NCBI GenBank assembly: GCA_030141605.1 | Contig: JAQGDQ010000402.1 | Coordinates: 147,514 to 211,513 of the forward strand | Reading direction: 5' to 3' | Origin: Tubiluchus corallicola | Taxonomy: Eukaryota; Animalia; Priapulida | DNA: 64,000 nucleotides | Shown: piece by piece, positions 11,820-25,486 of the stretch | How the letters are laid out: the number at the start of each line of letters is the position of its first letter | How positions within the stretch are numbered: position 1 is the first letter of the stretch | Program-made: the position numbers and the translations under genes | The notes under the pieces: model-generated | Seen by the model: the letters and a program-made list of their open reading frames with translations, nothing else | Told to the model about the DNA's origin: nothing | Database searches by the model: none

Positions 11820-14800
11820 CAGGCTAATATGATCCCAGTGTATAATAATTAACTAAACCTGTCACCTGTATGTATTAGTATATATAAATACCACCAAGGT
11901 TTTGTCTGCTCACTGGGACGGCTTGATTGCTGTTGCATGTCAGTCGTTCTAGGCGACCAAATCCCCTTTCACTAACACCCTAGTTGTATTTACCCATCCA
12001 GCGGTGAGAAAATAACATCAATTGATACACATGGCTTCGCAGATTGGTTTCACCGTGTGGAGGCTGCTGACATGTCGCACGGAAACTGGTCTAAGTGGAA
12101 AATGTGTTGTACAGAATGTAGCTTCCATATTACAAATAAGAAGTGTCCATTGTACGTATGTGGACGCTGCCTATCACTTGATTTACGTTTGGATTGGCTT
12201 CCTTGTGAACACGTCACCTGATAGGTCAGGTTGCATATAAGGGAAAATTGATTAAATGTGTCTTCGTTTGGTATCATATTCACGAGGGTTGTTTGTCAAA
12301 GGCGTTTTTGGTCCCTTTTCGTAAGCAGGAGGTTCTTGTGGCATAAAATATCTTCTATTTAAAATAGAGATAGGATTTGGGTACGGAACAAGGTCTATAG
12401 GTCTATCTGAGCATATTACGCAATTTATTAGTACTTTGTAAAACTAGACAATTAACATTTCTAGATTTTAGCCAGCTACTTTTTGTACGGCAGAATAACT
12501 TGTTTACGTTTACTTAAAGACTTTCACTCCTTGTCAGGTTGTGAATTTCTTAAGTCTTTACACTTGAGTACGATCCATTATTGATTGATAGGCGAGGAAT
12601 TTTTGGCATTTTAACTTTGTGGATATGAACTACAGTTCAGCAGTATTTAACATTATTTTTATACACAGACCTCCATTTTACTGTTAAGTACGTTTGTGCC
12701 TGCCTGCAGGAATCACAATGTGGTTATCCAGTTTGTCTGGTGGTGTGACAATGCGGTCACTATTGGCATTAGGTAACTAAAAATTTGAGAAACTGAAATG
12801 CAAACTTGGTATGAAATATAGTGTCAATGTCTCATTTGCATCTGGCATGCTGAAAAATAGAGTTAGCTGCTCGTTTTCTTGCCTAAAAGGCGTGATTGCT
12901 GCTGATGGCAAAAACACAAAAGGTCTTAGTTTTAAACTTTAAGAGAGAAGGCAGAGTAGTACTGTAATCAAGATTTAAATAACTTATATATAAGCTTGAA
13001 ACTGCAAAGTTCGTGTTATGTGATTTTTATATATTCACCAAAAACATTTTTCATCCGGGCGACAAAATCATCCTCTTGCCGGAGCAGTCTGGCAGTGATG
13101 CTCTGAAACCAATATTGAGGCAGATAACCTAGATAGAAAATAGGAGAATAATAAGAGGAGAAAACAACAGGCATGTATTTTAAAAAGCTTCATAGTGGGT
13201 GCTTCTCTTCGGTGGTAGATTAAACTAGTTAGTAGCTATACTGTAACTGGATCATTGCCAACGAGTATTAACTTTTTAGAAATTTGTAGCGACAAAAAAT
13301 TGACCGGGAACAACCTGTGTTATTAATAATATTAAAAACCCAAACGACATCCAAAAAAATGATAAAAATGTGGAAGTTTTTCTCTTCATAACATCAGTAC
13401 CTCGCTTTAGCATGCCACTCACATTGCTGAACGTTAAAGTTACTTATATACGTAGTGTTTAGACAGTATTCCCTAGTAGCTTTCAACACACGATCATTCT
13501 CCCTGCGACTTCATTATGCATATCCATTACCTCGGCCAGAGTGCACGTGTTGTGCCTAGTTGGCTTCATTGCATCCAAGTGAACGGTTTGTAACATTTAT
13601 TCATGTGGATCAAGCAAGAAATTCTTCTAGATGATAAAAGTCCCCCGGAGAAGTGTTTTGGAACTCACTTAACAGCAGCGTCAATCCGTTTTCGTGGAAA
13701 GTTAAAAAATCTCGTTTCCTTTTTATTTTTTGCGCCTGGAAAGTATAAGCGTAGCGCTTTCATACTCACGCACGTTTTTGATTAATATACACTTGCAATC
13801 TTTTTCATCGCGTGCCAAAATGCCAGTGTTTGAATTCGTGATATTACATTGTGTATACAGTGTAGGATTTTTGTTTAATAGATAAACGTCCATTCGTGTT
13901 CTACACCTTATTTATGGAGTTTTTGCGTGAGCCAACTGTTTAGTTACAGAGTAAAATAAAATGGTAAAAACGTACCTTGGGGAACTAGATTTCTAGTAAT
14001 TTGTTCTTTGCGTGTTTTGCAGGAGTTCCCGGAATGAAAACACTGCAGTAAGGATGCCATTTTACACTTCGTCATGTTTGTAAATTTTTGTTTGTCCTAT
14101 TTGGTGGCTGTACTATTTCACTGTTGTGTCCACATTTCAGCTGTGAAAAATTGCGTTATGCCTGCGTTGGCTTTTTCTTGCCATTCTTCGCCAGAGGCGT
14201 AAAAAGTTGCAGGCCAATTTTGAATAAGCGTCTATTATCTAGCGTCTTATTTTTGCTTCAGGCGTTATTTAGTAGAAAGTTTCTTGTATTACACTAAAGT
14301 TGTTACACGATCTTGAAGGACTTTCTACGCATCAGTTTATACTGAAAAATAATATGAAGTTCATAAATTGACCGTAATCTTATATCTTATCACATTATCA
14401 GTAAATATATGAAAGTTCACGCTGCCAGGTGTCGGCTCAATAGCTTATTTCTAGGAAATATTTGTTTCAAATCTAGGCCTATATTTGTTTATTTGGAGTG
14501 TGCGCTAGACTGTTTCTTGTTTCTGACTGTAAGACTGTAAGTACTGTGAGAAAAGCTTGAAAACTTGAAATGCACCCACTTATCTAACCTTATCTATTGT
14601 TCGTTTCGTCACTTGTCAGATTGCTGGCTATTTTTAACGAAATACTCTGTTATCGTAACACCTAAGTACGTATTTACCTGACTTTAACCTGAGTTTGTAA
14701 ATAATTATGTGTTATTGTGTAGCCTAGTACTGATGTAACTGAGCTATATAGGCTAGACTAATAAATGTAGTAATTGCTACTTCAGAAATCTGCCGTGTCT

Positions 14801-15334
14801 TCTGGCTCTGTTTTGCGTGATGGAAATTAATGGTATATATTTGCAGTGAACCTTGCGCGTGCATATTGTGGTCAACTGGGGTCCATCACTGCATTTATCT
14901 TTACATGCTGTCAATAATTATCAGCATCATTATTAATTACTGCATTTTGGCTCAATAGTCCTTTGTTCATGTGCGCTTGATGACAGGTGTTGGCTGTCTG
15001 CTTCAGTGTCCATTCATTTGTCACGAGACTTTAGCAAAAAAGTTCGATGTGCAGTACTGAAATTCCCATTCTTTGTGTTACTCATCTGGGCTTTACATTC
15101 AGGTTACGTTCACGTTTTGTCTATAATGTACTACAGTATAATATTTTTAACTTCTTTATGAAGTTTGTGTCCTAAACTGGTGTAAAATTAACTGCGGCTC
15201 TGCAGGTTGATAACTTTAGAGTATTGAACTGAAACAGAACTATTGACTGATGTTTATCGCAACACGTGCTTTATTTATACATTTTCTCTTCGTAGACATA
15301 TCTTTGATTCTAGCATGTAATGCAAAATTATATT

Positions 15335-15335
<1 letters not shown>

Positions 15336-15368
<33 letters not shown>

Positions 15369-15412
15369 GAATAAGAACAACAACAACAACAACAACAACA
15401 ACAGCAACAATA
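15336..15412. repeat. Compound (AAT)n-(AAC)n microsatellite
   Basis: Visible triplet runs; they explain the poly-N and poly-I/T ORFs at 15250 and 15320. Confidence 0.97.
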
Positions 15413-17205
15413 AATTTTTATTTCAAAAAGCTATTTACAGTTCCTCTATTTGCAGGGACTATTATAACAAAAACACGTCAAAACATTATTTATTTCATTA
15501 ATCTTTTAGATAGACGACTGGCGTAAGGTTATGAAAAACAATCGAAATTCGCACAATTTTCATTAATTTTACCTCATTTTAACTTACATCGATGTTTTAC
15601 CGAAAATGACAAAAAACGTTTACTGAAATCCACAACGTTTTTATCGGCGGTCTAACTTCCTTTGCAATATTTATGAAAATTCTGCATTCATTAATGTTCT
15701 GTTCTCTATATTTTAGTGCTCCTACTACTCACCTTTGTGGTTATTGTGTTCTTCTGTGCTTAAAGTTAAAATAAACTCTCACTATAATATAAGCTTTTGC
15801 AACTTAAAATCCTACTCTCGTTACGAGATTCGTTACTCGCCTTGTGATTTGACACTAGCTGTTTAGCCGCGAAGCATTAATATGACTTCCGCTTTTGCAT
15901 TTATTAAAAGCTGATTGAGTAAAATATTGTCAGCTGAGTCTGTCTCTACCCTGGGCAGCTTTTCGCTTATTGAATTACTAATGGAAATATATGACGGCGC
16001 TTTGTTAAAAATTGCTCCAGTGTAATTCACCTGCTCAGGTGTTTATAATTTATGTTTAAATTGTTGTTGATAATATGTACGTGACGCTATGTCACATTGT
16101 TACAGTCAGCATATTAGTAAAGTGTTGACAGTGATGGTGACATTAAATGTCGTTTGTGTCGTCAGTGTTTTGTGGCATTAGTGTCCGACGCACGTATCTA
16201 AATATTTTGCGACCCATAGGCCTACTAGAGGCGAATTTTTCGGCAAATTGTAAATTTGTGCAAATTTTTGCAAGTTTTCTGAAATAGTTGAACGAGTCTC
16301 AGTCGAGTGTTTTCATTCCATTAGAGCCATTTGAGTCGCTAGTGTAATGATACTTTAGGCAAACAGTAAACGTTTTGTCTGTTTGTTTGTTCTGTGAATA
16401 CCTGAGCTTGCTTGAGTGACGTACAACCCAGGTACGTATGGAAGCTACCTGTTTGAGATGAGCGTACTCTGACAGTGCGCGTAATGTTCATCTTCTTCGT
16501 AAGTGGCTTGACATAAATCGAGGTTTAATAACTGTGTATATTTTTGTTATCCTTTGTTGCAAAATAACTGCATAAGCTGTTGTTAGATGTCATGTAATTA
16601 TTACATCATCAAACCTGAATTTATCAACTTTGGTAACGAAAGGTTAGATATAGGGCGCCAGAAGAATCAGTACATGTGGGCGAAGCTGTTTTATGTTATA
16701 AGTGGAGAAAATTGCATGAAATATTGGTACATGTTTGCAAAAAATAGTAGTACCATCAGAAAATACAAAATACTCAAGCTTTGTATGTATGTACATTGGT
16801 AAATTCTTGTATTCATCGTAATATACTTTGTACTCAATGATGTCATATGATAAGATTGCCAACTATCTTACACATGTTTTTCCCTATATTTACATTATAG
16901 CTTGTGCATGCCCAGTAAATATCGTTCTTATAGCGTATCGCTCGCTTAGTAATCTGTGACAGAATTGTACCTTTTATATTTTGCAAACTTAGATCCGGCA
17001 CTCAGTGACAGGTCCACTCATGTATGTCTTGTGGCAGGACGGGCACCTAGTTAGTTATCAACATTCACATTACTTATGCGAACAAACGACGCAATTACTT
17101 AATACTTATCACAACAAAAGTTTGTAAACATTTTAAGCAGTTGCCAAATGAGTGAACGTGTTCAATTGTTCATGTCGTAACATGTTGTTTAGTTTTAATA
17201 TGGGA

Positions 17206-17345
17206 GATTAGATTAGATTAGATTAGATTATTTCCGCTTAAATTCAAAGTATAAAACATCTTAATTCATAATATTCAAAAGCAATGAATGTTGTGGGGAG
17301 ATGGGAGGAGCCTAACTTTCGAGCCCTTCTCCCTAGTGTGGAGGG
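17206..17345 (-). mobile_element. Probable CR1/L2-type retroposon 3' tail remnant ending in (TAATC)5
   Basis: (GATTA)5 at 17206..17230, with a nearby imperfect stem-loop (gggagatgggaggagcc...gagcccttctccc) like the 3' stem-loops of CR1/L2 elements. Confidence 0.4.
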
Positions 17346-18148
17346 GCTACACGTATCGTTAATAACATTAACACAATCAAAGGATTATATATAAAAAGCA
17401 TACAAGTAACAAAATCAATTATTCGTGCGAAAATAGATCTTTACAGTGACTTCAGCCTAGTAGTTACGAAAGACAAGACATCATAGTCAAAACAGACATT
17501 AACAGTAACTTCAGTATAGTATTGTTGATAGACGATTTCATTTATGAGCTTTTGTTTCACGGCGTATTTGCCGGGGGGATGTGAACGCAGCTTTAATCAC
17601 GACATTTTTTATTTAATTAAATCATTTTCAGTTTACGACTCGCGCAGTTGTCAAATTTAATCTGCTCCGTACACCAGTAAATTCTATAGATACGTTCCAG
17701 TAGCACTGATTACGCAATTAAGCCCCACTAGAGAGATTTGACTCTTGCCTTCAGATTAACGCATCTCTCCGAAACAGTTTAATGAATAAATTTTCAACAC
17801 GCCACTCGTAAAATTGGACGCAGGAAATTTGACAAAAAACATTTGATGTATAAAACGCTTGGCGGAACGGAGGAAATTTCACGGTTGTGTGTCATATACC
17901 TGGTGGGTGGTGTGCTCAAAGGCACCGAAACAGGTTGAAACTCTCGAATTGATCTTCCGCCCGTGTCCGAGAAATATTTCATGTATGTATATGTACGTTT
18001 TATTTATCCGCGAGGCTGCAAAAATGTTATTGACTTTGAGCTGGTATGCCACTTTTACGGTTCTCTCATAAGCATCTCATGCGTTAAATCATTTTGTTCG
18101 GTAGTCTAATAATACTCTATCTTGAAAAGTGAATTTTTTCTTTTGTAG

Positions 18149-18279
18149 GGCAATTCTGGCACCATTGTACAGCTGATTGCTTCGTTTTCTTCGCAGTTAT
18201 AATGAATACATCTAGGACTTGACAGAGATCAGCTCCAACGTGAGGATATATAGATAAACATTAAGTTGCTGAAGCCACA
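18149..18279 (+). other. DAG1: Dystroglycan 5' UTR portion of first coding exon
   Basis: Polypyrimidine acceptor ttttttcttttgtag|G at 18148/18149, upstream of gccacaATG at 18280. It could be a cis or an SL trans-splice acceptor. Confidence 0.65.
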
Positions 18280-18495
18280 ATGTGCTGGTTACTGAAGATG
18301 TTATTGACAATGTTGGTGATTGTCACCGCGCTTTGGACATCAGTGACATGTGCGCATGTGCAGAGGAATCACGTGACGCTAGATAGCAGTATTAGTGTCC
18401 TATGGGGCGTTCCTGATGCGACCGCCAGTGTGGGCAAAGTTTTCCGATATAAAATACCCGAAGATGCTTTCAAGGGTCACGTTTCGAAAATAGAG
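18280..18495 (+). CDS. DAG1: Dystroglycan coding exon 1 (signal peptide and start of Ig-like/cadherin-like domain)
   Basis: MCWLLKMLLTMLVIVTALWTSVTC signal peptide. GVPDATASVGKVFRYKIPED matches human [20 protein letters not shown]. Donor GAG|gtataa, phase 0. Confidence 0.92.
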
Positions 18496-18680
18496 GTATA
18501 AATATTTATTTTTTAAATTGAAGAGTTTTTAAAAAGTAGCAAATGGCATGAGAAAGTGTTTTCTTCTGCCACTGCCAGTGCGTTTCTTTGGGTCAGATTA
18601 GCTGAAGTTCTCTACGTGCTTCTGTTCATCATCAAATATTCCTGAATCTCGACAGTGTCAACAAAATTATTGTAAGCTAC

Positions 18681-18938
18681 ATGTAGTTCTACAACTTTCC
18701 AAACCAGAACGCTTGGTTTTTTTTCTTTTAATGTCCAGAGCTGGAGCAATATTAATCCCAAATCCCGGGATCGTGGGTCGACAGTGGTGTCAAAATGCAT
18801 CACGTTAACATGAACATTGCATGTATTCCTACAACTTCCCAAACCAAAAGGCTTGGTTTTTTTAATATCCGGAACTGGAGCAATATTAATCCCAAATTCC
18901 AGGATCGGGGTCAACTGTGTCAAAATGCATCACATTAA
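18681..18938. repeat. Diverged tandem duplication, ~130-140 bp unit
   Basis: 18681..18808 and 18821..18938 share acaact-ccaaacca-gcttggttttttt and ctggagcaatattaatcccaaat...tgtcaaaatgcatcac. Confidence 0.85.
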
Positions 18939-20844
18939 AGGAAAACCGGACGATTGATTAAACTTAATCACATTTTAGTTTACTATCTAAAATATACATT
19001 TTGTTGTTTGTAAAAGTTAGCAGTTGTTTCTTATATTCGAATAATTTGCTTTGAAAGTTAAATAACGGCAACCGAACACAGGTATTGCTTATGTCAGAAA
19101 CTAACCACAGTTTGTGCAATGGTAGGCATCTTCCCTTGCGTGTCAAGCACGTTTGTGTAAGTGTTACTGTTTAACCGTGTGATGTCACGAAAATGGGCTC
19201 TACGTCATATGATGCAAGAAACTAACATTGCAGTTGGTGATCATGGTTATCACAGTACCGCCTTCTATTTGTCGGCCACGCGAATGTGACAAAATGGCGC
19301 CGTTGCCAATCCTAGTAGATTCACTGAGCCGCGCATAACGAAAATTTAATGAAATTTGAGTATCCGAGGTAACTGTTATTTAACCTAAGCTTTGGTTTAA
19401 CTAAGGAATTGTGGTTTTCAATATTTTAGAGCATTCTTTATTCTTAACTAACGTTTACACAATCATCCGGTTTTCCTTTAACATAAACGTTGGGTAACGT
19501 TCATTATTTAGTGGCTGTTCATTGTTTATAGAGGCCATTCATTATGGTTATAGGCGTAGAATGCAAATTGTTCATGTAGTCAAATAACATTAAATGGTAG
19601 TCAATTAACATTAAAAGCCTAAACGGAATTTCACTAACCATGTAGTATTTTATCTTATGGACCTATGTGATAAAAATTATGGGAGATTTTCATAAGATTG
19701 TAAAAAATCGAACATTGGTAGGTAATTTAGTAAAATATTTGAAAAATTATTTTTAACGTATAATTAACTAGACTATAGTTAGTTTCTAGGACGATGAAAT
19801 CTATGATAGTTACACTGTAAATTGTTGCAGGAGATGTAAGAAACTTCCCTTGCAGAAAAATCGATATGCCCTTATGTACTATCAAATCAAATTGACCCTA
19901 ACTGCTACGATTTGTTTTTATTACTCGGACCCAGTATCTTTGTTGCTTTTTCTGTTACATAATTTGATGAAAGATAGCAAATCAGCTTGCTGGTCCAATG
20001 TTTTCAGAAATTTTATCTGTCAGTTTTATTGCCGGCGTCTTTTTCTTTTTTTATCTATTTTTTACGACCGCGTTAAACACACAGAACTTACACATCATTC
20101 GGGAAGAGAGACGGTCCTCAATGACGGTGATCACATTTAACTACTGGTGCTCACTGCTCAGTGAAGGGGTTGAGACTGTAGCAGGGTAAATATTTCCCCA
20201 CTGCGCCTTTGTGTTTTACTGGCGGTTTTATGACGCCTGTGAAAAGAAAAAACTCCTTATAAATATTTATTTTCAGTCTTACGATACGTGTACCACTGAT
20301 GCGGGATTCCTAGGTGATGGGGTTAAACTCAGAGTTCAGGAAATTGATGTTTGTCTTGTAGCGGGAAGGCGGGTCGAGTCGGCTGTGATAGTTTACTAAG
20401 GGAACTAAAAGTGTTTGCTAAGAAATTACTTCTTTTTATTCAAAATTCGTATATGCTTTAAGATTAACGGGCATAAAACGGTATTAAATGAAGCATTACT
20501 CATTACTGAACAATAACCTTTGTTTATATATTATACAAAACTGGACATTGGACATCAATCAATTAAGATAATATTTTAGCAATTGTGCTAAAATTATCCT
20601 CAAATATGAGGGAGATTTAATAGACCGAGTTTTTGTATTCGCCATGAAGTTCACAGCTGGTATGTAGAAGTGTGTTGTACGCTCTTTCACCTGTCTAAAA
20701 AACGGACATTAAACTTCTGAGTGCTAATTGATATAGATTTGATTGTATAAGCATTTTCTAAATCAAGGTGCAGGCACTATACGATCTCAACGACGTACAT
20801 GTTAATGAAAACGTCCAATTTTGTAGGCAATTACTGTAGGGATA

Positions 20845-21260
20845 CACGGACAAGTAGATTTTCCCATAATGAACTTTTGGTGACATTTAATAGAAAAAAG
20901 ACTTTTGGCAACCTTGGATTTTCTTCTTTTGCACCAAAATATTGGAACTCTTGCCTCAAAACCTCACAACTGTTTCTACAGTGCAACTATTTATAAACGC
21001 TTGAAGACACATCTCTAAAAATTATTATGATCAATTCCAACTGTTGTAAACTTCAGTAATGACCAATTTTTTACTGTAATTTCTCTCTTCTAGACGATTT
21101 GTATGTTTTGTGCAAAAGTTTTAATAGTTTTATTAGTGTTACATTTTTTCATTTTCTTAATCGTGCTATTGTAGCTATAATATTTTACTATACAGTGCCA
21201 TTGAAACCGCTTTGCCTGAACGTGCACTTTATAATATTCATTTTATTATTTTATTTAAAT
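20845..21260 (+). mobile_element. L2/CR1-type LINE 3' remnant (ORF2 C-terminus and 3' UTR)
   Basis: Reads KKTFGNLGFSSFAPKYWNS, then after frameshifts LPQNLTTVSTVQLFINA/KTHL. This is the typical G.RAFS..AP.LWN.LP...FK..LKTHL end of L2/CR1 ORF2, followed by a T-rich UTR and an L2-like tail. Confidence 0.8.
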
Positions 21261-24200
21261 ATATGTTTTTAAAACTGTAACTGATATTTTGACTTCTTTA
21301 TTTCATTTAAATTTCAAGTAAATTTTTGCTGCATATATTGCAGTATAAACGTAAAGCCAAATTTAAACACGAAATTTGATAAAGAAATCAACAGAAGTGT
21401 AAAATTACCTACAAAATGCACCATAAATTAAAGTGGTCGGCGCCAGGCGCAGGCTCATTAATATCCTAAGGTTTCATTATGGAAGTAGTGTTTGTTCACA
21501 TTTACCCAGGTATCTACTTTCTACCTGTGAAAAGGCCGACCAGGTAATATAATATGGCTCCACTTAGTGGTATGTCTAATGTGTGTTTAAACAGCCCTAC
21601 AAGGTAATTAACATGTGATGAGTAACAAAAAATCACAGTAGTCGTTAACTTTGTACAGGTGCATAAGTTCGTAACTGTTGTCATTCATTTGCAGTGGCTG
21701 ATAGATTTTTGAAGTGCGTAGGTGCGGTACCGGTACGAAAATCATTTAGTTAAAATCTCTGAAGGGTGCGTAAGTTGGAATTTGTTCTGGGCTAGGTTAG
21801 ACTGCATTCCTATTTTCAAATGTTTTGCCCGTAGAATGGACAGGTTATACGCATTATAAAGCTGAAGGTTGATCAACTGAACCTGAAGATTAAAATATGA
21901 CATCGTTACAATGAAAATGACAGGTGTAATCGCTGACTAGCGACTGTTACATTTTATATGACAATAAAACAAAACAATTGTTTTATGAATGAAGATGCAC
22001 AATATTTTTAATAAAACTTGTCCCTTTCAATTTGCAATAAGTTTGAAGTCTTCGGTAGAACTGGGCTTCCAAATGTTGGATGAAACTTGTCACCTGCGGA
22101 CAGAGTATAGGTACTTTTATTATTAGAAAGATACAGACTATAATTGGTTCAGTTATAAACACATAGGTACTACTGTTTCAAAACTGTGACTTAAGACTGT
22201 GCCTAACTGTTTAACAATTATGAACCCTGTGTAATCACACTGCTGGCAAACTGCCCTCTAATTTTCAGACAACTCTAGGAAGCACCTCACTCATCTTGCT
22301 CGTTCATGCTTGTACTTTTGTTCCAGCATTAAGAGCCAAGGGATAATGGACTAAATCTCAACTTTATAAGACTTGAAATTACGTTAATGTTATTTTTAAG
22401 AATTAGGTCCCCAGTTTTCAATCTTTTCATTGACTAGGCCTATATACGAATACATTGTAGCCTACACGTAATCCCGTTTTTTTTGTTCAGGTACTAATTA
22501 CGAGATATACTGTATTTAATAAGTTTTGTTTTCTATTTTTGCCTTAAAATTAATTTTGGAAGAAAAGCAGCACTTGACACTCTGTACGTGGCTTAAACAG
22601 GCAGAAGTTTTTACTTCATACAGGTAGTGTTTTTCAATGAAATTTTCTAAGTGTTTATTTACACATAAGCTTATGACATGAAGCCGTAACATCTGCATAG
22701 CCCATTATTACAGCCATTAGACCAATATATTTTTGATTGTTTTAACTGCCGTTTTTGTTGTGATTCACTGTCATTACAAAACTTGATATTTTTGTCAATT
22801 CTTCGCTTTAATATTACTTTTTTTTGGCTCGCTCTTTTGGTTTTGCTGCATGAAAACATTGTACATTATATATTTGAACAAATTGTAAAATATATGAAAA
22901 TGTAGATGCTTGGTATTGAAACCGAAGCTTCAGAAAGTGATCCCAGTTCTGAATTCTTGTGAATTTTTATTAAAACTATTAATTTTTCAGCCTGCAAAAG
23001 ATGGAAGATAATTTCAAGCTTGATTTCTGAACGATATTTATATTTTCTGCTAAAAGATAGACTAAAAGAAATAAAGGTGGTCTTGCCTGGGTTTTTGGTG
23101 ACTAGGAATTCAATTTTAATTTCACGGCAGATGTATTATTCACTTATATTTCCCCAAATGTTTTTGCAATAGTTCGTTGTTGTCATATACTGATAATTAG
23201 GTTCGACTAATAGATTACTATCTAATTTTGGCATGGCGGCAAACTTCTATAGACGAAACAAAAAAGGTCAGGTCAGTGGTACCAACTTTAACTGCTATTA
23301 ATCACGCATTTCTTCTACATCTGTCTTCGGCGCTCATTATTAACAATACACGTTCCACTTCACAACATCCTTCATGGCCCATCTCCTTTGTCCACTTTGA
23401 CATTGGCACAAACGGACGTTGTCCATACTCGAAGGTTCAAGTAGGTGATTACTATACATTAACCCACTCATTAACTCTTGTAAACCTATGGATGACTGGT
23501 CATTTGAATGTCCAGAACATCTTATTGACCACAGTTTCTGCTTTCGGTGTGTTAAAGAAGACCGGTTAAGGGCTCTCATTAATATCCCTAGGGCAGTTGA
23601 CTCTGGGTGGAAGGATCTATTCATGTCAACCAAATATGCGGATGGGAATAATTATGATGAGTGGAATTTAAGGAGTTGCAGACAGTACCGTTGAAAAATA
23701 GATATTCTATATAACCTTAATAAAGTACGACTCGTCATATGGGTAAAATTACAATAGTACCTGTACAAGTCCAACTATAGTTAACTAACAAGCCGATTTT
23801 AAGTTCAAGATTTAGATAATTTAAAAGTGCTTGGCTTAGTTGATCACACTTAAAGTTAAACTTTTATTTAAGTATTTAAACGCTAGAGTAGATAGTTATC
23901 AGGAGCTGATTTTATTTGAATGAATTAGCACCTCTTAATTGTCTCTTTATTTGAATTATAAAGTTTGTTCTTTCGAAATAATCATGAATACAGCTGGGTG
24001 AAAAGCGGGAAGAAGGGCTTAGTTTGGAACACATATGGTTTTGGAATAATCGACTTGCCGTTTATTTATGCGGAAATGGTTAAAAAAAGTCCTCTGAATC
24101 ATCTCTGACGTACTTGTTTGTTTATTCTTCACTTTTACATTTTTGTACCTGTCATCTACTTTTTTTTATATGCCGGCTACTTGAATTTGACGATCAACAG

Positions 24201-25230
24201 ATTTCAAAATTTAGTGCAATTCACTTCTAAGAAAGACCGGAATTATTTAGACAAGGTGCACTTCTGACTTCATTTGATGTCATTCGTATGAGCGTGCTTC
24301 CTGAGTTCCATTGCCATAAAATTGTTTTCCACATACTTTTTAGATTTCTAGCAGAAACTTGGTTAAGCAATAAACATTTTCTGAAGGACATGTCGTTGCT
24401 CTGATCGTGTGGGCGCGCACAAATCTCAGAAACACAACTTTTATACAAAAACAAAGCACTGCTGAGGAACCTTACACGCCTGTTTATTGAAGCAACACGC
24501 CGCATTGAGGCTGCCGGATTTGGCTTCTTTCAACACAGAAGCAAGAGATAACAGACTGGCGTATTTACTTTAAAATTTTGTTGTCAACGAATAGAATTAA
24601 CTGTTCATACCCGTCGCTAATGGATGGTTGTGGTTAGTATCAGTTGGTGTCAGTTCTTCTCAGATTCTAGTGATCAGAGTCATTAAAATTTAGAGAATTT
24701 TTCCGAGAAATGTATTACAGTTGATCATCACCGAAAACTTTTATCCCATAGCTTCTATTTCAACCTTTAAATAATATGAAACTTCACTTTTGGATTTTCC
24801 ACGCTATTTGAATTAGTCGGAACTCAAAGATCATAATCGTAATAAGCAAACTTAACATGAACATTTTTATTCTTGGACCAGCAAGTGTTAGACTGTTAAA
24901 TCTATACCTAATAGCTGTGTGTACTATTTTACAGCTGCTAGGATGCACTATGTTATGAATAAATTTCGTTTTGAGTTGATAAATATTTGAAGTCGTCATG
25001 TTTTGGCCTGTTGCTAGAACTTTGCAACTTACGTTTATGTTTAGTTGCTTTTTTACAAGTACAAAACGGTGTCCAGCACATAACGACGGAGCCTACTTAT
25101 CATGTAGATAATTGTTGCTTAAGACTTACATCATTATCAAGGATAAAATATTTTAAGGTGGGGTACTAAACCACAAGATATTCCTTAGCCACACTTCAAT
25201 ATGTGTACGTCTTTTATCAGTGAGACATAT

Positions 25231-25486
25231 AGCTAGAACTAAAAGTAGTACGGCAGACTGAACCGCGGAAATGGCGATTTTCCTGATAGACACCTATCCA
25301 TTTAGTAACCATATCACAATAGTTCAACTTCTGTTGGTGACATTTTGCGCAAAATTGATCTGGATCGGTTCGTTTTGAAATATTAAAGAATTCAAAAATG
25401 CAAAATATTTTTCAAATAATTTATCTTGACCTGGCAAATTCATTTTTGCAAAAATACCTTCGTGTTTGCCCTCTGGCAAAGTAAAT
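25231..25486 (+). mobile_element. Probable non-autonomous Helentron-like (HINE) element
   Basis: Starts ctagaactaaaa and contains ttgacct and caaaattgatctggatcgg motifs. Ends aaaatacctt..tttgcc-ctct-ggcaaa-gtaaa (subterminal hairpin). Called by pattern recognition only. Confidence 0.4.

Noticed and set aside
15250-15526. Poly-N and poly-I/T ORFs
   Set aside because: Microsatellite artefacts.
24227-24505. 92-aa minus-strand ORF and other 60-100 aa ORFs in introns and intergenic DNA
   Set aside because: Lengths expected by chance, many with non-ATG starts, and no motifs or splice support.
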